This document shows positions 27,023 through 39,680 of a stretch of DNA of 64,000 nucleotides, in pieces. Position numbers and translations under genes: made by a program. Position 1 is the first letter of the stretch; the number at the start of each line of letters is the position of its first letter. Under the pieces are notes generated by a model. The model saw only the letters and a list, made by a program, of their open reading frames with translations. It ran no database searches and was not told the DNA's origin. The stretch covers positions 4,969,366 to 5,033,365 of the forward strand of contig MU056050.1 of the NCBI GenBank assembly GCA_013239625.1, written 5' to 3'. This DNA comes from Lama guanicoe (taxonomy: Eukaryota).

Positions 27023-28810
27023 TTTTATTGAAGTATAGTTAGTTACAATGTGTCCATTTCTGGTGTACAGCACACTGTCCCATTCATGCATATACATACA
27101 TATATTCATTTTCATATTCTTTTTCATTAAAGGTTATCACAAGATATTCAATATAGTTCCCTGTGCTATACAGAAGAAATTTATAAAGATCTATTTTTAT
27201 ATATAGTGGCTGACATTTGTAAGTCTTAAACTCCCAAATTTATCCCTTCCTACCCCCTTTCCCCTGGTAACCATAAGAGTGTTTACTATATCTGTGAGTC
27301 TGTTTCTGTTCTGTAGATGAGTTCATTACCATCCTCTTTTTTCTTTTTTTTGGATTCAACATATGAGTGGTATCATATGGTATTTTTCTTTTTCTTTCTG
27401 GCTTACTTCACTTAGAATGATGATCTCTAGGTCCATCCATGCTGCTATGAATGGCATTACTTTATTATTTTTTGTGGCCGAGTAGTATTCCATTGTATAA
27501 ATATACCACTACTTCTTCATCTACTCATCTGTCAGTGGACATTTCGGTTGTTTCTGTGTCTTGGCTATTGTAAATAGTGCTGCTATGAACATTGAGGTGC
27601 ATGTATCTTTTTGAATTAATGTTCCCTCTGGATATATGCCCAGGAGTGGGATTGCTAGGTCATATGGTAAGTCTAGTTTTAGTTTTTTGAGGAATCTCCA
27701 TACTGTTTTTCATAACAACTGCACCAAACAACATTCTCAGCAGCAGTGTACGAGGGTTCTCTTTTCTCCACAACCTCTCCAGTGTTTATCATTTGTAGAC
27801 TTTTTAATGATGGCCATTCTGACTGGTGTGAGGTGACATCTCATTGTAGTTTTGATTTGCATTTCTCTGATAATTAGCGATCTTGAGCATTTTTTCATGT
27901 GCCTTTTGGCCATTTGTCTGTCTTCATCAGAGAACTGCTTGTTTAGGTCTTCTGCCCATTATTGGACTGAGTTTTTGTTGTTGTTGTTGTTATTAAGTTG
28001 TTTGAGCTCTGTATATATTCTGGAAATTAAACCTTTGTCAGTCACATTATTTGCAATTATTTTCTCCCATTCCGTAGGTTGTCATTCTGTTTTGTTGATG
28101 GTTTCTTTTGCTGTGCAAAGCTTCTAAGTTTAATTAGGTCCCATTTGTTTATTTTTGCTTTTATTTCTATCGCCTGGATAGACTGCCCTAGGAGAACATT
28201 GCTAAGATGTATGTCACAGAATATTTTGCCTGTTTTCTTTTAGGAGGTTTATTATGTCTTGTCTTATATTTAAATCTTTAAGCCATTTTGAATTTATTTT
28301 TGTGTATAGTGTGAGGGAGTGTTCTAACTTCATTAATGTACATGCTGCTGTCCGGTTTTCCCAACATCACTTGCTGAAGAAGGAGACTATTTTTTCTCCA
28401 TTGTATGTTCTTGCCTCCTTTGTCAAAGATTAATTGATCATAGATGTGTGGATTTATTTCTGAGCTCTCTGTTCTGTTCCATTGAGCCATATGTCTGTTT
28501 TTATGCCAGTACCATGCTGTTTTGCTTACTGTAGCTCTGTAGTATTGTCTGAAGTCTGGGAAGGTTATTCCTCCAGTTTCATTCTTTTTCTTCAGTATTG
28601 CTTTGGTAATTTTGGGTCTTTTGTGATTCCATGTAAATTTTAGGATTATTTATTCTAGTTCTATGAAAAATGTCCTGGTAATTTGATAGGGATCATGTTG
28701 TATATGTAGATTGTGTTGGTCAGTATGGCCATTTTAGTAATATTGATTCATCCAATCCAAGAATATGGGCTATCTTTCCATTTCTTTAAGTCATCTTTAA
28801 TTTCCTTAAC
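27023..28810 (-). mobile_element. Lineage-specific L1: 3' UTR plus ORF2 C-terminal part (non-inverted arm of a 5'-inverted insertion)
   Basis: Poly(T) at left end; ORF 28278..28490 ([31 protein letters not shown]) is L1 ORF2; left TSD taggtcctcttttt at 27009-27022. Confidence 0.95.
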
Positions 28811-29199
28811 CATGATGAAGTTGGAGTCATCCCAAGGATGATTCAACATATGGAAATCAATCAACATGATACACCATCTCAACAAAAGATAGGACAAAAA
28901 TCACATGATCATCTCAATAGATGTAGAAAAAGCATTTGAGAAAATTCAACACACATTTATGATAAAAACTCTTACCAAAGTGGTTATAGAGGAAACATAT
29001 CTCAACATAATAAAAGCTATTTATGACAAACCCACAGGCAGCATAGTACTCATGGTGAAAAGCTGAAAGCCTTCTGACTAAAATCTGGACTAAGACAAGG
29101 ATGCTCACTCAACCGCTTCTATTCAACATAGTCTTGGAAGTCTTAGCCACAGCAATCAGATAAGAAAAAGAAATGAAAGGTATCCAAATTGGAAGAGAA
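28811..29199 (+). mobile_element. Inverted arm of the same L1: ORF2 RT-domain fragment
   Basis: catgatgaagttgga (HD[Q/E]VG), cacatgatcatctcaatagatgtagaaaaagcattt ([12 protein letters not shown]), aaaggtatccaaattggaaga (KGIQIGR); right TSD tagggcctcttttt at 29200-29213. Confidence 0.93.
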
Positions 29200-31172
29200 T
29201 AGGGCCTCTTTTTAAAGCAGTAACTATTGTCCCTGATTCAAACTGATTTACCTGAAGAAGTGTTTTTAGAGTCTTCGCACCTTGTCCTTTTATCCACCAA
29301 GACAGCTCTAGATCCCTTTATACCATTATCTGAGATCAAATGTCCTAAAAATCAGTGTCATCAACATTGCCATTGTTATTATTTTACTTAAGATATTTCT
29401 AAATTTGCAATTTCCTTTATTTTTTCTTTGCAATATATTTCTGCATGAGTCAATGTGGCTTATCAGTAGACAATAATAGAAATACCAATAGAAAAATGAG
29501 GACCTCAGCTCCTTAGGTAACTCACTTAAAATCCATTGTAGTTCAAACATAGTAGGGGCAGTGGTGAATTGGGTAATTTATAACTATTTTCCTATTTGAA
29601 AATTATTTTATTCATATAATCCTCAAAATAGTATCCCAATGTACATATTATATTTAGTACTTATATTTATGTCCATAACACAATTGAAGAATTGAGACTC
29701 AAGGAGTTTGTGACTTCTCCAAGGAATCATTGCAACTCAGCTACAAAGATTTTCCTGGGTTTATTTACTATAATTGCCTATATTTTTAGCAAAACCTACC
29801 CGTATAAAATTTCCCAACATCTGTTTTGTAAAACATCTTAAATTTTATAAATTTAATGTATCAGAGTTCAATTTAACTTGCTTTTTTCGTTTAACCTGAA
29901 TATGACTTGAATATGTTATGTATCTCTGAATACGTAGTTACTTACTATTTTTGCAAAACATAACTGTAAGTTGTAAATGTTATTTTGATACAGGTATTAT
30001 GTATCATAGGTATTGAAACAGTCTCTCAATATCAATATTTTATCATTAGTCAGGAAATACAGATTTAGATTCAAAACCAGTAAATCCAAGAGAATGCTTT
30101 TTTCATCTAGTAGGCAAAACAACCTTTTATATACCCTGAGCTCATGTACCTTTTTAGAAACTTTGGAAAATAAGTTGTAGTGATTGCAAGTTAAAACAGA
30201 ACATTTTGTAACCAGGAATAACAGTAAAAAAAGAAGTAGCTTCACAGATTGTGTTATAATTATACTTCCTCCTGCCCTGGCTTATCCTGTGTCAATTTTG
30301 TCATTCCCTAGTGTCTGTTCATTAAATTTGAAAGAGTAAGACAGGTGTTTTGCAAAGTATCAATTCATGTTACCCAGAGTAAGAAAAATCACCTTAGTAA
30401 ATGAAAGATGAATGAACTTACTGAAACACTACTCATTGCTTCCAAGCACTAAATAGTAAGAAACATTTGTTCATCAAGAGGATAAATGTCTCATTATGAC
30501 AAATTACTTTTCATTTTCTATAAATTGTAGTCTTTGGGATTTGTTAAAGACACAAGAGGGTGGAAATCTTATTCATTATTTTCTTCTCTTCTGTATGTTC
30601 TCCAAAAATGGCTTTAAATGTTTTTCATTTCTCATTGCCAGTAGTCTGATTGGCAGATATGAGAAAAAAAAAGAGTTGCCAATTTTAAACTTATGGAAAA
30701 CTAAGAAATGTTTGAGAAAGCCACAGATGTGAAGGACAAAAATGTTAGTTTCATCTGGACTGAATTGTTAAAGATCTTTATCTTATATCAGTCAACATCA
30801 TCAACTTTATCCTAAAAAATTTCCATCTTTTTCTTCAGTTTTTAAAAGATATGTCAATTTGTTGCCTGTACTGTGGCTTAGAATATTATATATAAATTAT
30901 AAAAAGTATACATAATTGTCTTTTCCTGGTAGCATTACATACATTTGAAACTATAGTGGGGAAAGATAAAGAAAGTGAAATGATTCACAAACCATCCTTG
31001 CCACTTAACCTCCTTGGCCATCCCGTTTTTCTTCAAAAAAGGGATATGAAATGTGAAGTATTAAACCTAGTAGCAGTACAACATGACTTATTTTATAAAC
31101 TCAGTCTCACCTAAGCTTTTTTTTTTGCGTAACTATAAATGGCAGTCCCCATAACTTTATGCACATTTCTTT

Positions 31173-32517
31173 TTTCTAAAACATTTTTATTGAGTTATTA
31201 TAGTCAGTTTACAATTTGTCAATTTCCAATGTAGAGCACAATTTTTCAGTTATACATGAACGTACATATATTCATTGTCACAATCTTTTTCTCTGTGAGC
31301 TGCCACAAGATCTTATATATATTTCCCTGTGCTTTACAGTATAATCTTGTTTATCTATTCTGCATATGCCTGTCAGTATCTACAAATTTTGAACTCCCAG
31401 TCTGTCCCTTCCCACCCCTCTCCCCTCTGACAACCACAAGTTTGTATTCTATGTCTGTGAGTCTGTTTCTGTTTTGTATTTATATTATTTTTGTTTTTGT
31501 TTTTGTTTTAGGTTCCACATATAAGCAATCTCATATGGTAGTTTTCTTTCTCCTTCTGGCTTATTTCACTTAGAGTGACATTCTCCAGGAGTATCCATGT
31601 TGCTGCAAATGGCGTTATGTTGTCAGTTTTATGGCTGTATAGTATTCCATTTTTTAAATATACCACCTCTTATTTATCCAGTCATCTGGTGATGGACATT
31701 TAGGCTGTTTCCATGTATTGGCTATTGTAAATAGTGCTGCTATGAACATTGGGGTGCAGGTGTCATTTTGAAGTAGGGCTCCTTCTGGATATATGCTCAG
31801 GAGTGGGATTCCTGGGTCATATGGTAAGTCTATTCCTAGTCTTTTGAGGAATCTCCATAGTGTTTTCCACAGTGGCTGCACCAAACTGCATTCCCACCAG
31901 CAGTAGGAGAGTTCTCTTTTCTCCACAGCCTCTCCAGCATTTGTCATTTGTGGAGTTTTGAATGATGGCCATTCTGACTTGTGTGAGGTGATACCTCACT
32001 GTAGTTTTGATTTGCATTTCTCTGATAATGAGTGATATTGAGCATTTTTTCATGTGCCAATTGATCATTTGTATGTCTTCCTTGGAGAATTGCTTGTTTA
32101 GGTCTTCTGCCCATTTTTGGATTGGGTTTTTTTTTTTTTCTTATTAAGTCGTATGAGCTGTTTATATATTCTGGAGATCAAGCCTTTGTCAGTTTCATTT
32201 GCAAAAATTTTCTCCCATTCCGTAGGTTGTCTTTTTGTTTTACTTATGGTTTCCTTTGCTGTGCAGAAGCTTGTAAGTTTATTAGGTCCCATTTGTTTAT
32301 TCTTGCTTTTCTTTCTATTGCTTGGGTAGACTGCCCTAGGAGAACGTTTTTGAGATGTATGTGAGATAATGTTTTGCCTATATTTTCTTCTAGGAGGTTT
32401 ATTGTATATTGTCTTATGTTTAAGACTTTGATCCATTTTGAGTTTATTTTTGTGTATGGTATAAGGGAATGTTCTAGCTTCATTGATTTACATGCTGCTG
32501 TCCAGTTTTCCCCATAT
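31173..32517 (-). mobile_element. Young 5'-truncated L1 with perfect 18-bp TSD
   Basis: ORFs 31654..32483 give L1 ORF2 C-terminus ([34 protein letters not shown]); TSD ctttatgcacatttcttt at 31155-31172 and 32518-32535. Confidence 0.96.
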
Positions 32518-33194
32518 CTTTATGCACATTTCTTTGCTTCATTTTTGAATAGCTTGGATTTTCCCTAGCTGTCTGTTGATCATTAGTCAATTGACATCAG
32601 ACTACTTTTACCCCTGTAACTTTTGCCTTTGACCTCTTTTTTACCAGATGCAGGGAATGAGACAAGGAATGTCTGCTCTGAAATGTTTTTCTAATTTCAT
32701 TTTGTTCCCTTTCACCCCCCAGGTTGGTGGTTGATTGATAACTTGTTGATTCTCTCCTAGCATGTATATTGGCTAACATTTGCTATTGTATTGCATTAAT
32801 CTCTCACTGTCCCCTTATGCATTATTTTCACAATTCTGATTTCACTGAAAATTGGAAATAAAATATATAGTTCATAGTTCCCAGCACATAATATTTCTCA
32901 ATTTTAGCTACTGTACAAAATAGTGTGATTTTGCCATTGTTGTCCCCCTTTACGCTTATCTTAGGGATGTAATTTTTTCTTTTTTGTAATTATTTTAGTA
33001 GTTACTAATGCATTGAAAAGTTCATATGATTTAAAATTAGTCAAAATGACTCTAAATATACAACAGCCTTAAAAAAATAAGAAAATAAAACAAAGCAAAA
33101 TAAAAATGTTAATAATTGGCACTGGAGCAGATCCAGAGAAGGATGATTAAAACAAGCAACTTTTAGAAGTGAAAATTATTTCTAAAAAATTTGC

Positions 33195-33375
33195 AAGGGT
33201 TCCAAACTGGCAGCAAGTTATATCAATTTAGTATCGAAACTATTTTGTATTTTGTTTGGCATCTGAGTGTTTAAAAAATAACAAATATAATGCTTTCGAA
33301 TGAAGCGTGTGCTTTCGGATTGCCAGAGATCCATCCATACCTATCTGTTGGCTTACCTGTCCATTTCATTCAACA
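33195..33375. mobile_element. hAT-Charlie (MER102-like) fragment
   Basis: aagggttccaaactggcagc...tgtattttgtttggc. Confidence 0.45.
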
Positions 33376-33549
33376 TAATGCTTCATATATTTGGACATCA
33401 TAATCATGCACTTTCTTCTTCTGGCAAAACTTTACTTCAGTTCTTCATCCAGAGTATGTTGAGTCTCTTTACTGTCTAGGCCACCTTCCTATGCACATAC
33501 TCTTGTTTCTTCATGTTCTTCTTAAAGTCTTAGAAGGATAACAGAGATG

Positions 33550-33952
33550 ATAATTGGGTAGTCTTTAGTGCTGCTCAGTGAATATTGTCATTCTCCTTGG
33601 AGTACATGGTAGTATTCTAGTTCCCTACCTGCTTGGAGTTTGCCTGGCCATGTAACTTACCTTGACTAATGAATTATCAGTGTTAATGATGTGTGTCACC
33701 TCAAGGTTAAAGATTCAAAGCCAGCATACAGTCCGTCATGATCTCTCTTCTTCCTCTTCCATAGTGATCAAAATTATTCCAGAGAGCCTGAACCATCTGT
33801 CTGTATCCCAGAGTGAGGGCAAGGCTAGAGAGCCCATACTATCCATTGTGGACATACAACATGGGCAAGAAATAAAAATGTATTATTTTAATTCACTGAG
33901 ATTAGAATGCTGTTCAGTTACTACAACATAACCTAGTCTATCTTGATTGACA
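33550..33952 (+). mobile_element. MaLR LTR (MLT1J-like)
   Basis: ggccatgtaacttaccttgactaatgaa...tgtgtgtcacctc...aagaaataaa...cactgagatt...cataacctagtctatcttgattgaca. Confidence 0.8.
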
Positions 33953-34143
33953 AAGAAACTGTTACCAGAACTGTGTGCTGCTTTCACATACATATACAAA
34001 CTAACATATGTGGCAATGGCTGAGAGATTAGATGGCAGGCTGTGAGAAACAGTGGAAGCTTGAAAGATGGAGATCTGTGTTGTTCGATGGCACACAAGTA
34101 GGAAAATGGCTGCTTGTGACTACTTTGGACAGCAGACAATGTC
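33953..34143 (+). mobile_element. MaLR internal sequence directly after the LTR; probably resumes about 34700-35200
   Basis: aagaaactgttaccagaactgtgtgctgct...tatgtggcaatggct resembles the MLT1-int start. Confidence 0.6.
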
Positions 34144-34696
34144 AAACCTGGCACTGGGGCTGGCTGGGAGCCTGGGTCTGCAGCAGCCCTCCTGTTGCCT
34201 GGGGCCTTGGCCAATGGCTTAGTGCTTGGATAGGCTGAGAGCCTGGGGCTATAGGAGTGGGCCTGGCACTGGAGTGTGCCAGGATCTTGGGGCTGTGGGA
34301 GTTGGCCTGGCCCTGGGGACAACCAGGAGCCTAGATCTGTGGGACTTGTCCTAAAGCCTGGGTCCACAGGGGTTGAATTGGTACTGGTGCAGGCCTGGTC
34401 CTGAAGTCTGCAGTAAAGTCAGTTGCTCATTTTACTTTCTTTTCCCCACTAGGAGAATATTTCTGTCCATGCTGGCTACCAGAGCTTGGGGGAGGAGTGA
34501 CAGAGACAGTGTCAAACTGTTTTTCCCTCCTCTTCAATGTGTTTTATTTCTGTGCTCCATCCAGGTGCTATAATCTTTCACCTGAAATCCTTAGCTCTTG
34601 TGAAGATATTTTTGTGCATGGCTAGTTGTTCAAACTGATATATCTGTGAGGAGAGGAGAGCTAAAGACTCCTGTCCACCATCTTGCAGGTGTCACT
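34144..34696 (-). mobile_element. Isolated old L1 5' end/5' UTR (L1M2/L1M3-like)
   Basis: GC-rich degenerate (ggagcctggg)-type repeats; ends in ccaccatcttgcaggtgtcact, the reverse complement of an L1 start with a YY1-like caagatgg motif. Confidence 0.7.
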
Positions 34697-35589
34697 ATCA
34701 TTTATATTTTATTTTTTGTGGGTAGGAATGAAGGGAATTGAAAGATTCTGTAAATTCAGGTACTTGTAGGAGTGGAAGAAGCAACTGCTTCTCAACTCCG
34801 AACAGCAAAAGATAAAATCAAAAAATGCTTTAAATTACAAAGGCCCATTAGAATCTTTCTTGTGATTAGAATCAAGTGGAGGTTCTAGCTGTCATACCCA
34901 ATGTTAAAACCTTTCAGTGGATTAAGTTAGCATCCCATACATTCCTCCAGTTGACAGAATGGCTTGGGGAAAAGAATTTGACTCTCCCACCACAGCCATA
35001 TTGGCACAAAGTCTCTGCAATTATGTTGACAGATAGATACATGGGAACAAGAAAGTGAAGAAATACAGAGAATCTAAAGAGACTCTCTAGGAAATAATTA
35101 TGGGTGTAGCCATCAGCACATGTACCTGACTGGACTCAAATACAGAAAAAGCCTATTCTATTTTAAAGAGAGTTTAGTGCCAAAGAAACCATGAAAGAGT
35201 GCTTGTGAGCTAAAAATATTCTAGCTTATCCTAACTGATAATTGCTTAAATTTGGTCTGAGTATTGTCAAGTAGAATAAAATAGAATGATTACCTCTCTT
35301 CTCATGAACTTCATATGTCTATTAATGCTCCTTAAATTTTACTTAATCGTTAATGTGAAATATCAATTTTATTAAGTACAATTTAACAAATATGAAATAT
35401 CATATTTAATGCATATTTAATATTGATTTCACATAACCTGAAGATATAAAGAAATCAGAAAGGATTCAAGTAAATTCCACAGCATCTTATCCATGATGGA
35501 TTATTAACAAATATGAATACTTGATAGGCCTATCAATAATAATATTGTTGCAGACAGACAAAACATTTGTTCCCTATTTACTGTTATCC

Positions 35590-36650
35590 TGACAAAGGAT
35601 TTCAGAAGACAGCATAAAAGAAAATCTTTATGAACTGTAATTATACAGATGTTTCTTGGCTATGACACAGGGGGCATGAATCACAAAAGAATATAAACGG
35701 TAAATTAGATATTATCAATAGTGAAAATTTCTTTTCTTCGAAAGACTCTGTTTAGAAAATGAAAAGAGAATTCACAGGCTTGGAAAATATTTGCAATATA
35801 CATATCTGAGAAAGGTCTTGTATTCATTACATTAGAAGAATAAGTCAATAACAAGAACTCAAACAGCACAACAAAAAATGAACAACAGATTTGAACAGCC
35901 AGTTCATCAAGGAATATGTACAAATGTCAAATAAGCACATATAAAGCTTCTCAGTCATTAGTCAGTGGGGAAATACAAATGAAAACTACAGTGAGATATC
36001 CTGTCACACCACTAGAATGGCTAAAGATAAAAACAGTTGTTCTTATGAGGTGTTGGTGAAGGTGACAAACATTTGGAATTCTCATGCATTGCTGATGACA
36101 GTGTAAAAATGTACAACTACTTTAGAAACATTTTGGCAGTCTCTTATAATGTAAAACATACATATACCATATGACCCAACAGTCCTACCCCTAGTTAGTA
36201 TTAAGTGGAATAAAAACGCCTATCTATACAAAAAGTTGTATGAAAATATTCCCAGCAGCTTTACTCATAGGTCAAAAACTAGAAACAACTTCAAAGTACA
36301 TCAACTTGTACATAGAATAACATATTCATACAATGGAATACTACACAGCGACTAAAAGGGATGAAATTCTTACAACAACATGGGCAAATCTCAAACGGAT
36401 GACTCCACTTTATATGACATTTTGGAAAAGGAAAAATTATAGGGGCAATAAGCTGTCAGTGGTTGTCAATAGTAGAAGGTGACAGGTGAGAATTTACTGC
36501 AAAATGCCCAACAGGTTATTTTGGATGTGATAGAAATGTTTTATATCACTATTACAGTGGTTATATGCTGTATACATTTGTCCAAAATGCTACATACCTA
36601 AAGAGGAAAACCTTACCAAAAGAAAAATATATCAAAATAAACCTGTTTTA
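35590..36650 (+). mobile_element. Old L1M (MC/MD/ME-like) ORF2 3' part and 3' UTR
   Basis: tggaaaatatttgcaatacatatctgagaaaggtcttgtattca, gggaaatacaaatgaaaactacagtgagata, ccatatgacccaacagtcctacccctag, catacaatggaatactac. Confidence 0.85.
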
Positions 36651-36899
36651 AAAGGAATCAAAGTAAATTCAAGTTATTAAGCCCTGTGATGAGTTATTAA
36701 ATGAAGTTCTGATTGCTTGCCAACCCCCTTATTGTAGCTATTTATGGTTTTACAGTCAACCAGAAAACATAGGGCCTTATCCACTGTTGACCTGGCAAAG
36801 AACTATAGAGGGATAGATACTTTTCATATATAAGATATGGGTTACTAACTGCACAGTATATCGTGTTTCCCTCCCTCTATCCTTTGTTTTTTACCTTCT

Positions 36900-37030
36900 T
36901 TCCTTTCTTCTTTCACTTTACAAATATTTATCTGGTGCCTACCATTTGCCAGGAATTGTTCTAAGCTCTAGGGATGTAGCAGCAAACAAAAAGATACAAA
37001 TCTTGCCCTCATGTTACATATATTACAGGA
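36900..37030 (-). mobile_element. L2 3' end
   Basis: caaatatttatctggtgcctaccatttgccaggaattgttctaagctctagggatgtagcagcaaacaaaa. Confidence 0.75.
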
Positions 37031-38042
37031 AAATTAGACTTAAGAAGATCTCCATAAATGACGATTAAATGAATCTATTTCTGGTGCAGTTTTTAAAATC
37101 TCAATTGTTATATTTTCAACAAAACTGCACATTTCTATAGAAGAAAGAGTGTAGAAATAATCATACCTAACAACTCTAGGTTGCTCATTATACTCCAGAA
37201 TTGTTACTTTTTTTCCTTTCTTAAGCATAAGAGACAATTTCATGCAAAGCTTAGGTGATACCTACTTATCTGATCATTCTTAGTGCTTATCTGCTGCAGT
37301 AAATATGGGGGAAAATCTAGGCAGTTTGCTTTCCATTCATCAGAATAGCCATTACCTTTATTGCTTTTTTCTTCTTTCTTCATTTCAAGATGAGTTCTTT
37401 TCTTAAAAGCTTTTCTATATCTGATTCAGGAACAGTATTTACTTTCATTCTGTTTTGGAAAAGTTTAATTCCCACAAAAGTAAAATTACCTAAAACACAT
37501 AGAATAGAAATTAAATATCTTGTTACAATCATGTATCTAAGTAAACATATATATCAGCTTTACTCACTTTGCCCCTCTTAAGTAGAATTTCAAAGGATTA
37601 CCAAAAGAAAGAACATCACACTATAACTTTGCTAGGTGAAATGTGCATTTCTTTTGTCTGTGCAAGGAGATGTATTAGCACAATACGGAAGACTATGGGG
37701 GTTGTAACGGAACAGAGGGAGGTTTTTATAAAACAGAAAGTCACTTTCAACTTCACACTGAAATACTCAGGAAGACATATAAAGATCAAAAGCCATAACA
37801 AAAAGTGGTTGACAGCCTGTTGCCATAATTTATGAAGATCTTCCACTACTTATACAGCTAATGACACAAGGTTCATAGAAATAATTAGTGTCTCATCTAT
37901 GAAATATATCTTTTTAAAGATAAGGCATTCATTCTGTTTTAATTTTCCACAAATGCCACCTGTATGGAAACCTAGTAACAGGGTCGGTTACAGCCAGGTG
38001 TTTGGGTAGCTGTTCCTTTGTCATGCTGATTATTGCCTGCAT

Positions 38043-38160
38043 TCTCTCTCTCTCTCTTTTTCTCCTTCTCTCTCTCTCATCATCATCACCATCCATCTAT
38101 CCATTTATCTAGCTAATCTGTTCATCAATCCATCTTTCCAATCTGTCCATACATCCATTT
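38043..38160. repeat. Compound (CT)n/(CAT)n/(ATCC)n simple repeat
   Basis: Seen directly. Confidence 0.8.
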
Positions 38161-39279
38161 GATAAACTTTAATCCACAGAAAACTTTGGAGGCCCATTGT
38201 CAGAGACCGTATGTGATGCTCTTACAGCAGCAGTCCCCAAAACTGAAAAAAGTCCCCCAGAATAAAATGGGAATGGAAGAACCAGTGTGGGGTAAACAGG
38301 TCAAAACCATGTTTTGAATTCAAGGGCAGATTAGAGACAAAATGGTCTAGTTCTTACCTGGATTTTTTTTTCCATTACTGTCTAACATATTTTAGTAGGT
38401 TTTTAATTATAAGCTGCAGAAGAGCAGATGTTGATCTATTTTTGTCTACTTCTGTATATTGAGTATGTAGAACAATGCATTAACATTGAGATGCTCAATC
38501 AATATTAAATGCCTCATTGAAGAAATGGTTCTATATACTGTAAAGGGAAAAAGTCTGAATAAAATCTACATCTGTAGTTTGTCTGTCTCTGACCTCTACT
38601 GAATCCAGTTTTCTTCAGAGGAAAGATGAAACATTAATTGTCTTTAAATACCAAAGCACACAGGACAGTGTCTGGTACATAAATGAATGTTTTATGTTTT
38701 TCACTTAATGGAAGATTTGTATGAAAAAAGAATGATTAAAATCTGGTAAGAAATAGTTAACCAAAAAACAAAAAGTTATAAAAATGTATTACATTTATTC
38801 TTGTACATTTTACGATTTGAAAAAAAATTTAAATTGCCAGTAATTTATAATAATCGTTGAATCTAATTGCATTGCCTATATTATCTCATTTAATCCTTAA
38901 AACACCAAGTCAGATTCTATTATTACCACCATTTTACAAATGAGAAATCTAAGTTAGATTAAGAATATTCTTCTTCACAGTAAATCATATGTCCTCAAAT
39001 AATCTCAATTTAGAACCAAATTTTAGGCCTAAGCATCAGTGCCCCTTTTTAAGAAGGGGCATATGTAAATTCCATAAAGAAAGGATATTTTCCCTTTTAT
39101 TTACCATTGTATCACCATAGTCCAGAACATTGCTTTATCACTATAAACACTCAATATTTGCTGAATGAATTTCATGAGACAGTTTGGGCTGTAGGTCTTG
39201 AGTTCAATAAAGAAAATGAGGTAGGAAATGTATATTTTGAAGTAACTAGTATAGATGTTACTTGCAGCTTTTTTTAATA

Positions 39280-39680
39280 TATTCAAAAAATATTTGAGAC
39301 CTTACTCTTTGTTGCTGGTCTTGGGGGTATAGCAGTGAACACTAATAATGTTTTTACCTTTTAGTGTCATGCAGTTTAGTTGGAATAGTGAGGATGATCA
39401 ATAGAATGTGTGTAGTGAAATAAGAGGACAGGGTTGGTACCTGAACAGTGGATAGACTACCAATAATAGGTGGAAAACCTAGACTGTGTTGTGTCAAGAT
39501 CCAAAGAAGAGGAGAATTACAAAAGGAATGGTGAAAGCAACATCATCAAAAGCTACAGAAATATCAAATAAAGACTGAAAAAAATGACAAATTTTCATAA
39601 TTAAGTCATGAATAGTCTCTAAGACATTGGTCTCAGGAGCAACATGAGAGCCAGATTTCCATAGTTTGTAACTGAAGATG
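39280..39680 (-). mobile_element. L2 fragments
   Basis: attcaaaaaatatttgagaccttact...gggggtatagcagtgaac...aagctacagaaatatcaaataaagactgaaaa. Confidence 0.6.

Noticed and set aside
31654..32483. L1 ORF2-like ORFs (also 28278-28490, 43496-43849, 60375-60629) as CDS
   Set aside because: 5'-truncated or frameshifted retrotransposon fragments, not functional genes.
33984..34367. 127-aa proline-rich ORF
   Set aside because: Arises from GC-rich L1 5' UTR repeats and crosses a repeat junction.
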